Part shown: positions 24,701-36,642 of the stretch, piece after piece
Layout: every line of letters starts with the position of its first letter
Position numbering within the stretch: position 1 is the first letter of the stretch
From: Octopus bimaculoides
Lineage: Eukaryota
Assembly (NCBI RefSeq): GCF_001194135.2
Contig: NC_068986.1
Location: 53,734,215-53,798,214, forward strand
DNA: 64,000 bases
Reading direction: 5' to 3'
Program-made: the position numbers and the translations under genes
The notes under the pieces: generated by a model
Databases searched by the model: none
Told to the model about the DNA's origin: nothing
What the model saw: the letters and a program-made list of their open reading frames with translations, nothing else

Positions 24701-26417
24701 GCTTGTTTGTGGTTGTAAACACTATAATTGAACGACTGGAATGTTGAGACCTGAAAACCTCGAGATATTTACATAATATTATTTTTTTTAGGGATTTTTG
24801 TTTTTTTGCAGTTGTACTAATCGTTGTTTAGTCCAGATCAGTGCACATTGAGTATACACTTACAATGAGAGGCGTTCTAGCCGTGATCATTCAGTTTTTT
24901 AGGTATTATCTAGAAGAGACTACTACATTATCCATGTTTTTCAGTCGTGATATTTCGTTACAGTCTCCTATTTCATTAGTTCAAATCCGAGATCAACTTC
25001 ACTCTTCATCTTTCCGGCATCAATAAAATAATGTACCAGTCAAATACTTTTAGATTTATATTCCTACAATACATTTTGGATGTGGCAGAAATTATAATCG
25101 AAGTAAAAATAATGTAGGATATGATTGGAGAAACATTTAGCTTGGCTGCTATATTGTGCAAAGTTTATAGTAGTAGGGTAACAGTGTGCTTTAGTGTGGG
25201 TCAGTAACACTGGGTGGTAGAATATAGTAAATATAACCTTGTGTTTCGTAAAGAAAAGCACTTAAAGCGGTTCAATATCTTTATCCCAAGTGGATGTTTG
25301 TTAAAAAGTCCAGTCCGCAGCTTATATACATTCCATTAGTTCCATATTAACTATTTGATTTGTTCCTTTCTAACTGTGTGAAAACAAACATTCCCTATAT
25401 GTGTCTCTTTAACACCGGAGCAACCTTAATTGAGGAAACCAAAGATCAAAAGCATCTCAACAGTGAATAGAGCGTCTTTTAATGAGTATCGTTTCTTTAT
25501 TTAATGTGGTCGAGGGAGATTTCAGGGAAAGAGGCAGCTATTTTAGTAGGTCAAAAGGACAAAACAGAGAATATCGTGGTGCCTCTCCGAACTTGTCCTG
25601 TTGCAGCACAAGAAGTTCGTTATTATTTAGTGCTTTGCGAATCACTAATACTCTTGCATGTCAGCTTTGATGGATGAAATAACTTTAATAAATCACATAT
25701 ACTGTATGTATATGTATACACACACACATTCAGATATATACATATATATATAGTCAATGTACCATATATCCGAAAAAGAAGCACATTCTAAAGTATGGAT
25801 CAGTAATATATATATATATACATATATATATAGTGTTGTAGTTTGGGACGGTCATTTTTTGTTTTGCCAAATAAACACACGCACTATATATTTGTTCTTC
25901 ACTCGTTTATTAGTTATGTGTTTATGTATGTATGTATGCATACATGTATACACTGCAATTTATTTGATTATATAATTTATTGTTAGATTTTAAAAAAGAA
26001 GTCTGTATAGAATAGGCAATCGCTTAAAAATGTTTTGGAGGCCAACGCTTCTAATAAGTTTTCCAATATAAATTGCAGTATCTGAAATTTAAACGCACGC
26101 GCGTGCGTGGGTTGTTGCTGTTAACAGTATTATAAATGGATTGCTTTTTTTATGTGAGCCCTCTGAATAAACAGTTACGTAATTTGATTTATAAGCAATA
26201 TATAATCAGGAAATACTAAAGTGACATATAAACCGCTGATAAACACAAAGGAAAAATACGAAGAGAAACCTAAATAGCAATAAGATATAAACACGATTAA
26301 ATTTTCTATAGAAACAGTAATATTTCACATATGAACGTTTATTAATGTATATATAAATATTTTCAGTATACAATATGTAACTGTATAAAAATCATATTTG
26401 ACAAAGATAATATTCTT

Positions 26418-26627
26418 TTCTACTCTAGGCACAAGGCCCGAAATTTTGGGGAAGGGAGCAGTCGATTAGATCGATCCAGTACGCAACTGGTACTTAATTT
26501 ATCGACCCCGAAAGGATGAAAGGCAAAGTCGACCTCGGCGAAATTTGAACTCGGAACGTAAAGACAGACGAAATACTGCTAAACATTTCATTCGGTGTGC
26601 TAACATTTCTGCCAGCTCGCCGCCTTT
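26418..26627 (-). mobile_element. Same SINE family, single copy with intact CpGs
   Basis: Reverse complement of AAGGCGGCGAGCTGGCAGAA...GAGTTCAAATTTCGCCGAGGTCGACTTTGCCTTTCATCCTTTCGGGGTCGATAAATTAAGTACCAG. Further copies at 18715-19260 (x3), 34645-34840, 38128-38340, 56590-57300 (x3), 61958-62140. Confidence 0.8.
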
Positions 26628-28189
26628 TGACAAAGCTAATATTACTGGATCCAATAAACTACACAACAAGAAATACTCCATGTAATTCTTAAAAGCGTGT
26701 GGAACTGTGCATGTACGATGAAAAATTTATACATCCATATATATATATATATATATANNNNNNNNNNNNNNNNNNNNNNNNNNNNNNNNNNNNNNNNNNN
26801 NNNNNNNNNNNNNNNNNNNNNNNNNNNNNNNNNNNNNNNNNNNNNNNNNNNNNNNNNNNNNNNNNNNNNNNNNNNNNNNNNNNNNNNNNNNNNNNNNNNN
26901 NNNNNNNNNNNNNNNNNNNNNNNNNNNNNNNNNNNNNNNNNNNNNNNNNNNNNNNNNNNNNNNNNNNNNNNNNNNATATATATAATGGCTAAAATAACAC
27001 CACTTAATATGCATGAAGTGTTTGTTGTATTTTAGAAAAAATGACGTTTGTATTGAATTCATTTATTCTAGTTTCTGTTCGTCATTTCCTTTTGAATTTA
27101 CGGCCGTAATATGAAAGATCGCCGTTATTTAGTACACAAAAGCCCAAACTATTGTGTAGTCAAAATTTAAATATTTGTTAATTTTATTTCTAGTTACGCA
27201 TTTTATGCATTATAATTATTAATTAACTTCCTTTCATGCCTTAGTTTTCAACCTTTAGTTCAGCATTATTCTTGCTTTACACCGGTATCCGGTGAACCTT
27301 AAATAATTTGCCTATTGGTTTTATATTCCATCTCAGACTAGTTAATGAGTGAGACTCTGTACGGTAGTTTACCTGCTAGAAACAGTAGCTAATGCTTCTT
27401 TAATTCACTTCCTACCGTAATAACTAGAGAAGGCTACATTGGAGGTTTAGTGTGGTATTAAGATTATTAAATAGTTATTGATAATAACATTTGGTAGTCT
27501 CCATGTTACTTTCACTATGACCGTGTGGCAGGAATATTTGGCAGACTAAACACCAACTCACTGCCTTGGAATCGAACTCGAGTCACTGTGTTCAGACGTA
27601 AAAGTAACGAAATAACAATAAACAGGATGCATCAAGGATTGTTGACGTCAGCAAGCGACTTACCCATTCGAGTCTGACAAACACATTAAGAATGTATTGT
27701 TGTTGTTTTTATCATTAGCTAGTTTGCCCAGCGAAATAAACAGTAGAATAAACAGATGTTTAACTCTCCAGAGTCCCAGTATTGTAAGCACTTTTTGGAC
27801 AAACAGCATATTGAAATGTCATTAATAATTTTGTCTTTGGCGCCTTTTCTATGATAGACATTAGTTATATATAGTTTGTTTATATGCAAGCTAGCCAGTG
27901 GCTGCTTCTCGGCAAAGACCAATGGCTATGCGTCTCTACACCATTCAACAGTGGATACGGGCCACGACCATTGTGTTCGCAACCTAGCCAAGACCAATGG
28001 CCATAGGAACTTATGTCAGCTAACTTCGGCTACACAATTTGACATCTGCTAGTCTACTGTCATTGCTGACTCACATATCTTACACAACTACTGAAAAGTT
28101 TCATTTAGTGTATTTTATTATTATATTATTATTAAAAAAAAAATTTTTTAAAGGAAAAAAAAAAGGTAATGTAAAAGGAGAAAGGGCTC

Positions 28190-28480
28190 TATACCCCTTT
28201 CTTATTTTTTTTCTGACCAGGTTCCCGTGGTTTTATGGGTTTTTCCACGTGTAACCTTTCCTTTTTCGAAGCGCCTCCCACTTCGGGGATTTCTACTTAT
28301 TTATTTATCTATTTATTCATCATATCTTTCTCCGTTTTCTTCCTCTGTTTAGACGAACTTTCCTACCTTTTCGGACAAAACCTTTTGTAACCTTCGTCCT
28401 GACTTTGTCCTTATATGTTTTTAATTGATATTTGCCCTTGTGGCCAATAAAACGAACGAATTATTATTATTATTGTCTTT
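28190..28480 (+). mobile_element. Possible LINE 3' end (pyrimidine-rich UTR, CCCTTGTGGCCAATAAA, (ATT)n tail)
   Basis: AATAAA followed by a microsatellite tail. A similar CCCCTTGTGGG...AAAGAAATA end occurs at 38310-38340. No coding part seen. Confidence 0.35.
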
Positions 28481-29799
28481 CGTTATAACGGTGTCATTTT
28501 GTTAATGATAAATAAATATTATGAATTTCGAACTGCACAGAGACCTTTTATTCTTCCATCTCTTAACCAAACCAAAATAGTTTATTATTACAACCACACT
28601 AATTTTGTTATTTGCATATACAGCACTTGAATAAATAGAATAGCATTCAAGAGATATAAAATATAAGTAGAAGTTTTCACTGGATTATATGTTAAATGAT
28701 AATGAGAAAACAATTCATAATTGTTAAGAACAAATTAAGTAGAAAAAAATAAGAACACCTTGCTACAATGCTACCTGACATAGCTTCAAGTAGCACATGA
28801 GGTCGTTCTCTCTGGGAGTTCAAAATCCCAGGGTTTTTTTTTACAATAATGCCCAACGGAGTTTCTACAATGTTCGACTAAGCTATTTGGTGGGGAGATT
28901 CCAGTTTACTTGATTATACACTAGCTGATCTAATTGGACGATTTATGTTAATGTAAACATTAATTTTCCATAACTGATATTGTGTTTTGCAGCAGTATGG
29001 TAAGTCGCGGTTCTGAACGTGATTGTTTAAAATTCAGCTAAAACCTTGCGAAAAGGAATACAGCAATACATTACATTAAAAGAAAGGATTGACCCCACAA
29101 TCAGTGACCAAGTGAAAGTCTACTATAAAATTCAGATTAAGGTGCACCCACCCACTTCTTAGAAAGAACAATTAAGTCACCTACGAATTATACTCTACCG
29201 TAATTAAAAGGGAAGGACAAATTGATATAGTGTCATCTTTGATGTATTGCTTAAAAAATGAACTGCCCATGATTAGAACAACTTTGATGGTAAGTCTGAT
29301 CAGAATGACCTATGCTTAAACATCAACAGTAGTGCCATGCTATTTCAGTTCTCGTTACATTTAAATTATATTTAACATTAAAATGATATTTAACATCAAT
29401 ACAAGAGAGAAAATAGCAATAGGCCCACTATCAACAGTTAATTTCTCGATTTAATATCATCTAATAAAAATTATTGTAGTATTTACACTTGGTAACGAGC
29501 AGTCTAGTAATTGATAATGGATTTACGTCTGCTCATATTTTCTACATTATTCTTTTACTGTTTTGCTTTTATTATCTTATTATTCTATATAATGACTTTG
29601 CTCTTTATTCTTCCCCAATCAATATTATAATTATCACTAATATATTGAAACAAGTTTGATTACCAACATCTCTTCCATGCAATTTGAGCCAATATAAGAA
29701 AACAAAATTTAGAAAGCTGAAGCTTTTGTTTCTAAGTTTGAAGAGAAGAAATATGTGTCTTCAGAAAGAGAAGTAGATTCCATAGTTTCTTTCGGTCTG

Positions 29800-29970
29800 A
29801 GAATAGAGATAAATGCTCTCTAAACTGTGCACAACTAAAGCCATAACCTAAATGTTGCATCTATGGACAAAAATCAACTATACCAAAAAGACCAGGTGTT
29901 CACAGCTGGAATGCCTTTGATCATAATTCTGATGGGTGAAGGCTGACCTGGGGCTAAACAACAACATAGA
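29800..29970 (+). repeat. Dispersed repeat with (CAA)n tail (GCTAGAAATAGCAGCCAAATCTC...GGAATGCCTTTGATC...CTGACCTGGGGCTAAACAACAAC family)
   Basis: Same blocks recur at about 2790-3070, 3400-3620, 16650-16880, 21300-21400, 22500-22570, 47060-47130, 57590-57770. Confidence 0.6.
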
Positions 29971-30523
29971 AAACCACCTGGTCGCTCTTTCCCAGAACTG
30001 CAATTTTCTGGAACTCACTCCGACCCATATTTTTAAATGCCAGCACCAAACTTTGGCTGAAGTTAAAGCTAAACTTAAGCAGTTGATGTCTGAAGCTCGG
30101 GGTAATTCCAGTAATTTAGTAGAGAGCCTGCGAGATCCTTAGAAAATATAAGGCTTCAATCGGACAAGATTGTCCATGTATCTGCACTTGTTTACACAGG
30201 CCTGGGCAAGGATTTTGCGAATAAGTGGCAGTTGTTTCACCTCTCTACGTCACCCGAGTAATACTTTGGGATCGATAGAGCTTGCCACCAGTGCCTTCGC
30301 GGGCTTACTTTTAAAATTGCAAAGAACCGGAAGAGACACTGCAAAGCATCTCAAACTGTTATGACGAATCACTGCACCTTTAAATAAAAGAAAAATAGAA
30401 GAAAAAGGTCGTTGTAATTGAAGAACTGAGATTAATGTTTAAACGACTTTGTCGATAGAATTAGTATCAAAGTGAAAAAAAAAATTCAAAGACTAACGGT
30501 AAATTCAAGTGCAATAATACTGT

Positions 30524-31220
30524 TAAGGCAGCGAGCCGACAGAATCGTTAGCACGCCAGGCAAAATGCTTAGCAACATTTCGTCCGAATTTACATTTTGA
30601 ATTCAAATTCCACCGACGTTGACTTTGCCTTTCAGTTCTTTCGGGGTCGATAAAGTAAGTACCTGTTGAGCCCTGAAGTCGTTGCAATCGACTTACACAC
30701 CTTCCCCGAAATTGTTGACCTCGTGTCAAAATTTGAAACCATCATTATCAACATCATCATCATCCTCATCATTATTATTATTATTGAAGACGGCAGAATC
30801 GTTAGCAAGCCGGGTGAAATGCTTAGCAGTATTTCGACGGTCTTTGCGTTCTGAGTTCAAATTCCGCCGAAGTCGACTTTGCCTTTCATCCTTTCGGGGT
30901 CGATAAATTAAGTACCAGTGAAACACTGGGTCGATGTAATCGACGTATCTCCTCCCACTAAATTTCAGGCCTTGTGCCTATAGTAGAAAGGATTATTATT
31001 GTCATGGCAGCAAGCTGGCAGAATCATTAAGCACACCAGGCAAGAATGCTTAGCGACATTTCATCCGAATTTACGATCTGAGTTCAAATTCTACCGAAGT
31101 TGACTTTGCCTTTCATCCTTCGGAGTCGATAAAATAAGAATCAGTTGGGTACTGAGGTCAATATAAATGACCTCAGTAAACTCTCCTCCAAAATTGCTGG
31201 CCTTGTACCAAAATTTGAAA
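30524..31220 (+). mobile_element. Three head-to-tail copies of a tRNA-derived SINE with (ATT)n tails
   Basis: Each copy has GGCAGAATC.TTAGCA...GA(G/A)TTCAAATT...GACTTTGCCTTTCA...GGTCGATAAA..AAG...CCTTGT. Copies at about 30524-30740, 30789-30992, 31004-31220. Confidence 0.8.
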
Positions 31221-31479
31221 ATAATATTATTAATTTGATGGGGTTGGGAGAGTGTTTAAGGCACAGAAATAATTAGGAGTTGTGAACGGCAATGCTGACC
31301 GGTGTAATGAGGCCCGATTAGTTAGGGTTAGTTATCTCCCTTAAACTTGCTCCCAGGCAAGGTTAAATATGACATGAAAAGCGCAAGTGAGAAAATAGAT
31401 TTTTATACGGCAAAACAAAACCTGGCACTTATCAACTGATTACTTCTAATGCATATACAAATAGTTGTATCATTCTTTC

Positions 31480-31631
31480 ATGAGTATGACACAATATCGC
31501 AGTTTCTTATGTAACCGGCATGTCTCGTATTATAAACGACAGTTACTTTTATGGAAAACGATGAAACTCAACAAAAGTACGAAAAGTGGTGTACCACAAA
31601 ATCCCGTGGAATTATGCATGAATATGGTTAG
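31480..31631 (+). CDS. NDUFAF6: NDUFAF6 exon 1 (MSMTQYRSFLC...NPVELCMNMVR), likely mitochondrial presequence
   Basis: N-terminus is rich in R/K/S with no acidic residue until E44. It ends in C-x4-R like vertebrate ...YCLELLR. Phase-2 donor AG|GTGGGT fits exon 2. Start Met is inferred. Confidence 0.75.
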
Positions 31632-34313
31632 GTGGGTGAAACTTATGTTATTGTTAAACATGATTAGGTTCTTCATTTTTCTCCATTCTTTTTCTAATCC
31701 ATACCTGTCAACATTTCAAGTGCTCTTATCCCATGAAATTTTATATAATAGCCGGTAGAGACGGACTATATGTCTATACTCTACCCTATATGTAATCTGA
31801 ACCTCCCCCCCCCCTTATTTATTAATTTTTTAAAAGGGATCCCACGTTTTAGGCTATGGAGATTCCGATTCTGAAAAAAAAATTTTGAAAAATTTCAATT
31901 CCCCCCCCCCCACCAAGCAGGCTATTTACATGCTAGAAATAACAGCCAAATCTCACAAAACTACTGTTAGGGTTAGGGTTAGGTTTACCCTGTGGATCTA
32001 TATAAAAACCGGGGGGGGGGGGAATCGAAATTTTGAAATTGAGATTTTTGAAAATAGCCAACTTACTTGCCTTGTAAGTTGGTGCGATGATTCTGATTAT
32101 AATGCTTCCCACGAAATCTAAACCTTCTGTTACCGTGTATGATAACAAATAATTCAATATAATAAGCATTGTGTTAACACAAACGACAAACAACGATCGA
32201 GAGTATTTTTGGAAAATAGCCCTCCAAAAGAAAGTCTGGAAAGACTTTGTAATCGTTATTGTTTAAATCCCAAAATAATCCGAAAATCACTGAAGGAATC
32301 AAAAATGAATCCAAACACGCTGCCACATTAATTGTAAGAACAACATGCACCCTGTGTTCAGAGGGTGTTCCAACTTCCAGAGTAGGGCTTTGACCAAACG
32401 ACGTTGTCTGTCCTTATACACCCTTGCTCGATACAAGCGGGCATGTTTTGTTTACCCTTGATGTTTTCTAAGTAAGAAATATTTTTACGCGCAGAGTTGC
32501 TAATCTTACTCATTAATCCCCACCTCATTTGTTGTTAAAACTATCGCGGCGCCGTGTGTTTGAATTCGCTTTCGATTCCTTTTGTAACGTTTGGATTATC
32601 TTGAGATTTAACAATACCGACCATAAAGTCTAGAGAAACTTAACATTGGGTGGCTATTTTTCGAAACTGCTCCAGGTCATTATTATCTGTGTTGTCATCA
32701 TACTCATTAAATAGAATTCTTGGTTACTGTACTCGCAAACAGCAAAAGGTTATATTTACTGCCTCTATGATATTTTAAGTGTTTTTTTTTCTCTCTTTTT
32801 TAATCACAAACGTGGAAAAATATTGTGTAGAAATGTTGTTAAGGAAAAGAAAACTTAATACTGTGTATATATATAGAGAGAGAGAGAGAAATATTTATTT
32901 CAGGAATCAGAATGTTCAGCATATCCCAACAACTGCCAGTCTCACCTGAAGAATATTTAGATGAAACTATCCAATTCCCAAAATATACAGTCATCTCCCA
33001 CGTCACGGATCCTTCAGGTTATGGAATTTAACACTTAGGGAAATTGTAAAGGATGACCACAAATTTTGGGTTACAGTGTAATTTTGCCCTTATTGAAATT
33101 CAGATAAATTTTAAGAATTAAAAAAAAACTATCCTTTCTTCTTAGTCTAAAGGTCACTCTCAGCGTTGTAGCCAAGGTTAAAATTGTTAACAATTTATAA
33201 AACTATTGTCACAATACATATGTGTGTGCATGCAAGTGTGTGTATATAATTCACTTTAACACGGAGATGGAATTTTCCGCTGTGAATATTTAGTGCTTGT
33301 GTTATATCTTATTGGTTCACAATGAATATCCATCATCATTTAATGTCCATCTATGCTGTCATGGGTTGGACAGCTCAACAGGAGCTGACAAACCAGAGGA
33401 CTGCACCAAATTCCAGTGTCTACTTTGACTTGGTTTCTAAGGCTAGATACCTTTCCTAATGCCATCCACTTTACATAGGGGCACCAGATGCTCTTTATGT
33501 AGCACCGGCACTTGGTGGGGTGTAGTATTGAGAGTGGTAGGTTTATGGCAGGTGACGAGAGGTTTAAGCATGATTGAAGGGCAGGGACAGGTGTCTTGTT
33601 CAAGGAAGATATGTGGTTACCCCAATTATAAAAGAAAGATAGTGAAGACGTATCAAGGTGTACCCACAAGTTACAGGAAAGTGAATATAAGAGAATTGTA
33701 TGGGTGAGTAAGTTTGTGGGAGTATGAAGGAGAATGACAAATGGATAGGGATGAGGATAAGGAAATTGCAGTGAGTGGTGACCACATAAATCTATGATGG
33801 AAAGCGTTTTCAACCATAGTAATCACATCTTTATTACAATGGTGGTATGGATATGTTTAGAGATGACATTAGTAGCAGCAAAGAATGTGAAGATTAAAAC
33901 ACCCTGAGGCAACAAATTCTACATCTTGCATGTACAAACATCTATGTCCAGCTTGGTGATGCAAAATGTGTTTCTTTGTTTACTCTGACAAGAGTGGGTT
34001 GGGCCCAAGTAAGATTAGTACAATCCATGTAGATTCTTTGAATTAAAACAGAGTCAATTTTTTATGTATAAGAGAAATCTGTAACCCATTATTGTTTTTA
34101 CCCATAAGTTGCATTCCGACCTTGACCTATCTTCTTAGGGATATCAAGCATTACATTATCTAATGTTTCCTTCTCTTTTTTTAAGACAGTAATGTGTAAT
34201 TTTGAGGCTATACCCTAACTGACCTCATAAAGACTCTCATTGACTTGTACTATAGTGCTTGAATACTAATGTTGTTAAGATAATGATGAAAACTACTTTA
34301 CCTTATTTTTCAG

Positions 34314-34413
34314 AAAAACTGATTTTGAAAACTATTTGTGCACTCTTTTGTATCCCAAATCAATAAGAACTTCAGCTTTTGGACTAAGGGCATTCAATGC
34401 TGAAATTGCCCAG
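34314..34413 (+). CDS. NDUFAF6: NDUFAF6 exon 2 ([34 protein letters not shown])
   Basis: 100 nt, tttttcag acceptor, CAG|GTGAAT donor. The DxExYLCxLL and RAFNxE motifs match the NDUFAF6 (squalene/phytoene synthase fold) family. Confidence 0.93.
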
Positions 34414-35268
34414 GTGAATATCTGAACTAATTCTGCAAAAATCTTCAAAGGCATATAATATGTATGTACATTTATTACGAATATGTATCATTATATTCAT
34501 GATGTATAGTGTTTAACTGTATTATTTAGAATCTATGTCATTTGGGAGATGTCCTACATGTTTATACATGTATGCATATTTCTGTTATGAATTTATTATA
34601 TTTATTTTATTATTTATATTTATATTCATAAGAAAAGTGGCATGCTGGCAGAATTGTTACCACACTGGACAAAATGCTGTTTGGCATTTTGCCTGTTTTT
34701 ACGTTCAAATTCTACTGAGGTCAGCTTTGCCTTTCATCCTTTCAGAGTCGATAAAATAAGTACTAGTTGAGCACTAGAGTTGATGTGATCGACTTATCCA
34801 ATCACCCAAAATTGCTGGCCTTGTGCCAAAATTTGAAATCAATATTAATATTCATAAAACGTATTTTCCATCTTGTAATGAAACATGTGTAACACTGAAT
34901 TAAAATGGAACTACAAGTTCCAGCCTTTATTTTAATACATAAATACTCTGCAAATATTATAATTCACCAGGAATTGGTCTTATATGTAGGCTACTCTCAT
35001 TTAAAATAAAGCATCTATACATATTGGATAACTGGAATATGCAGATGAGCTTCATGTTGAGAAAGCTTGGATTATAATACTTTCTATGTTCTCTCTCTAT
35101 ATATATAAGCACAGGCGTGGGTGTGTGGTAAGAAACTTACTTCCCAACCACATGATTCCAGGTTCATTCCCATCGCATGGCACCTTAGGCAAGTGTCTTC
35201 TACGATAGCCTCAGGCCATCCAAGCCTTCTGAATGAATTTGGTAGATGGAAACTGAACGAAGCCCATC

Positions 35269-35306
<38 letters not shown>

Positions 35307-36159
35307 NNNNNNNNNNNNNNNNNNNNNNNNNNNNNNNNNNNNNNNNNNNNNNNNNNNNNNNNNNNNNNNNNNNNNNNNNNNNNNNNNNNNNNNNNNNNNN
35401 NNNNNNNNNNNNNNNNNNNNNNNNNNNNNNNNNNNNNNNNNNNNNNNNNNNNNNNNNNNNNNNNNNNNNNNNNNNNNNNNNNNNNNNNNNNNNNNNNNNN
35501 NNNNNNNNNNNNNNNNNNNNNNNNNNNNNNNNNNNNNNNNNNNNNNNNNNNNNNNNNNNNNNNNNNNNNNNNNNNNNNNNNNNNNNNNNNNNNNNNNNNN
35601 NNNNNNNNNNNNNNNNNNNNNNNNNNNNNNNNNNNNNNNNNNNNNNNNNNNNNNNNNNNNNNNNNNNNNNNNNNNNNNNNNNNNNNNNNNNNNNNNNNNN
35701 NNNNNNNNNNNNNNNNNNNNNNNNNNNNNNNNNNNNNNNNNNNNNNNNNNNNNNNNNNAATAGCCTATATTCAAAAAATCACTTTCAAGTTTTAAAAATG
35801 TTAATTTTTATGACTATTATGATATGCAATAAAAAAAATAATGCATGAACCTCAAATGAAATACATGAACAGTGAACACCATAAAATAAGCATTAATTAG
35901 TATTTACTATTTAATTAAATGATGATTGTCTTTTCCAGTCAAAGTGAAATATGATCAAATGTTTCATATCCATAAGCGATTTAGTATATATGTGTTAGAG
36001 ATTATATGATTAATAGAGAAAATTAGGGTATTTAACTGTGGGGGTGTATGCGAGGGGTACAGGGGCTCACATTACCCTTATTCTTATAGATTTTATTTAA
36101 AATGCTGTGCATACCATGGAATTAAGGTTCCTTAAAAACGGTTGTTTTGATCCCTACTA

Positions 36160-36201
<42 letters not shown>

Positions 36202-36607
36202 GAAATAGTGGCACAACAAGGCACCAGTGTTTGCAGGAAATAGCAGTTGATAACCATACAATGCTATGTAAAGCTTCATTGAATGTATAGAGGCAAAGAT
36301 GTGTGCAGCCAATGAACATAAAAAATTTTCATCTGACCTCGAGTATTAGGTTATCCTTTCTAGGTTGTCCATTTCTCCAGCATTCTTCCTAGAGGTAAGA
36401 CGAAAATTTTTATGTTTGCCACCCACACACATCTTTGCCTCTATACATTCAGTGAAGCTTTACATAGTATCATACAGTTCCTCAACTGCTATTTCCAGCA
36501 AACATTGATGCCTTGTTGTGCCACTATTCCCTATTTATAATTCTACCTTTATGGTGCTTTATTTCTCTGGAAAATAATACTATCGTATTGTAATAATATT
36601 TATAATT

Positions 36608-36639
<32 letters not shown>

Positions 36640-36642
<3 letters not shown>

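Noticed and set aside
31966-31986. Interstitial telomere
   Set aside because: Only about three TTAGGG units, inside a palindromic repeat.
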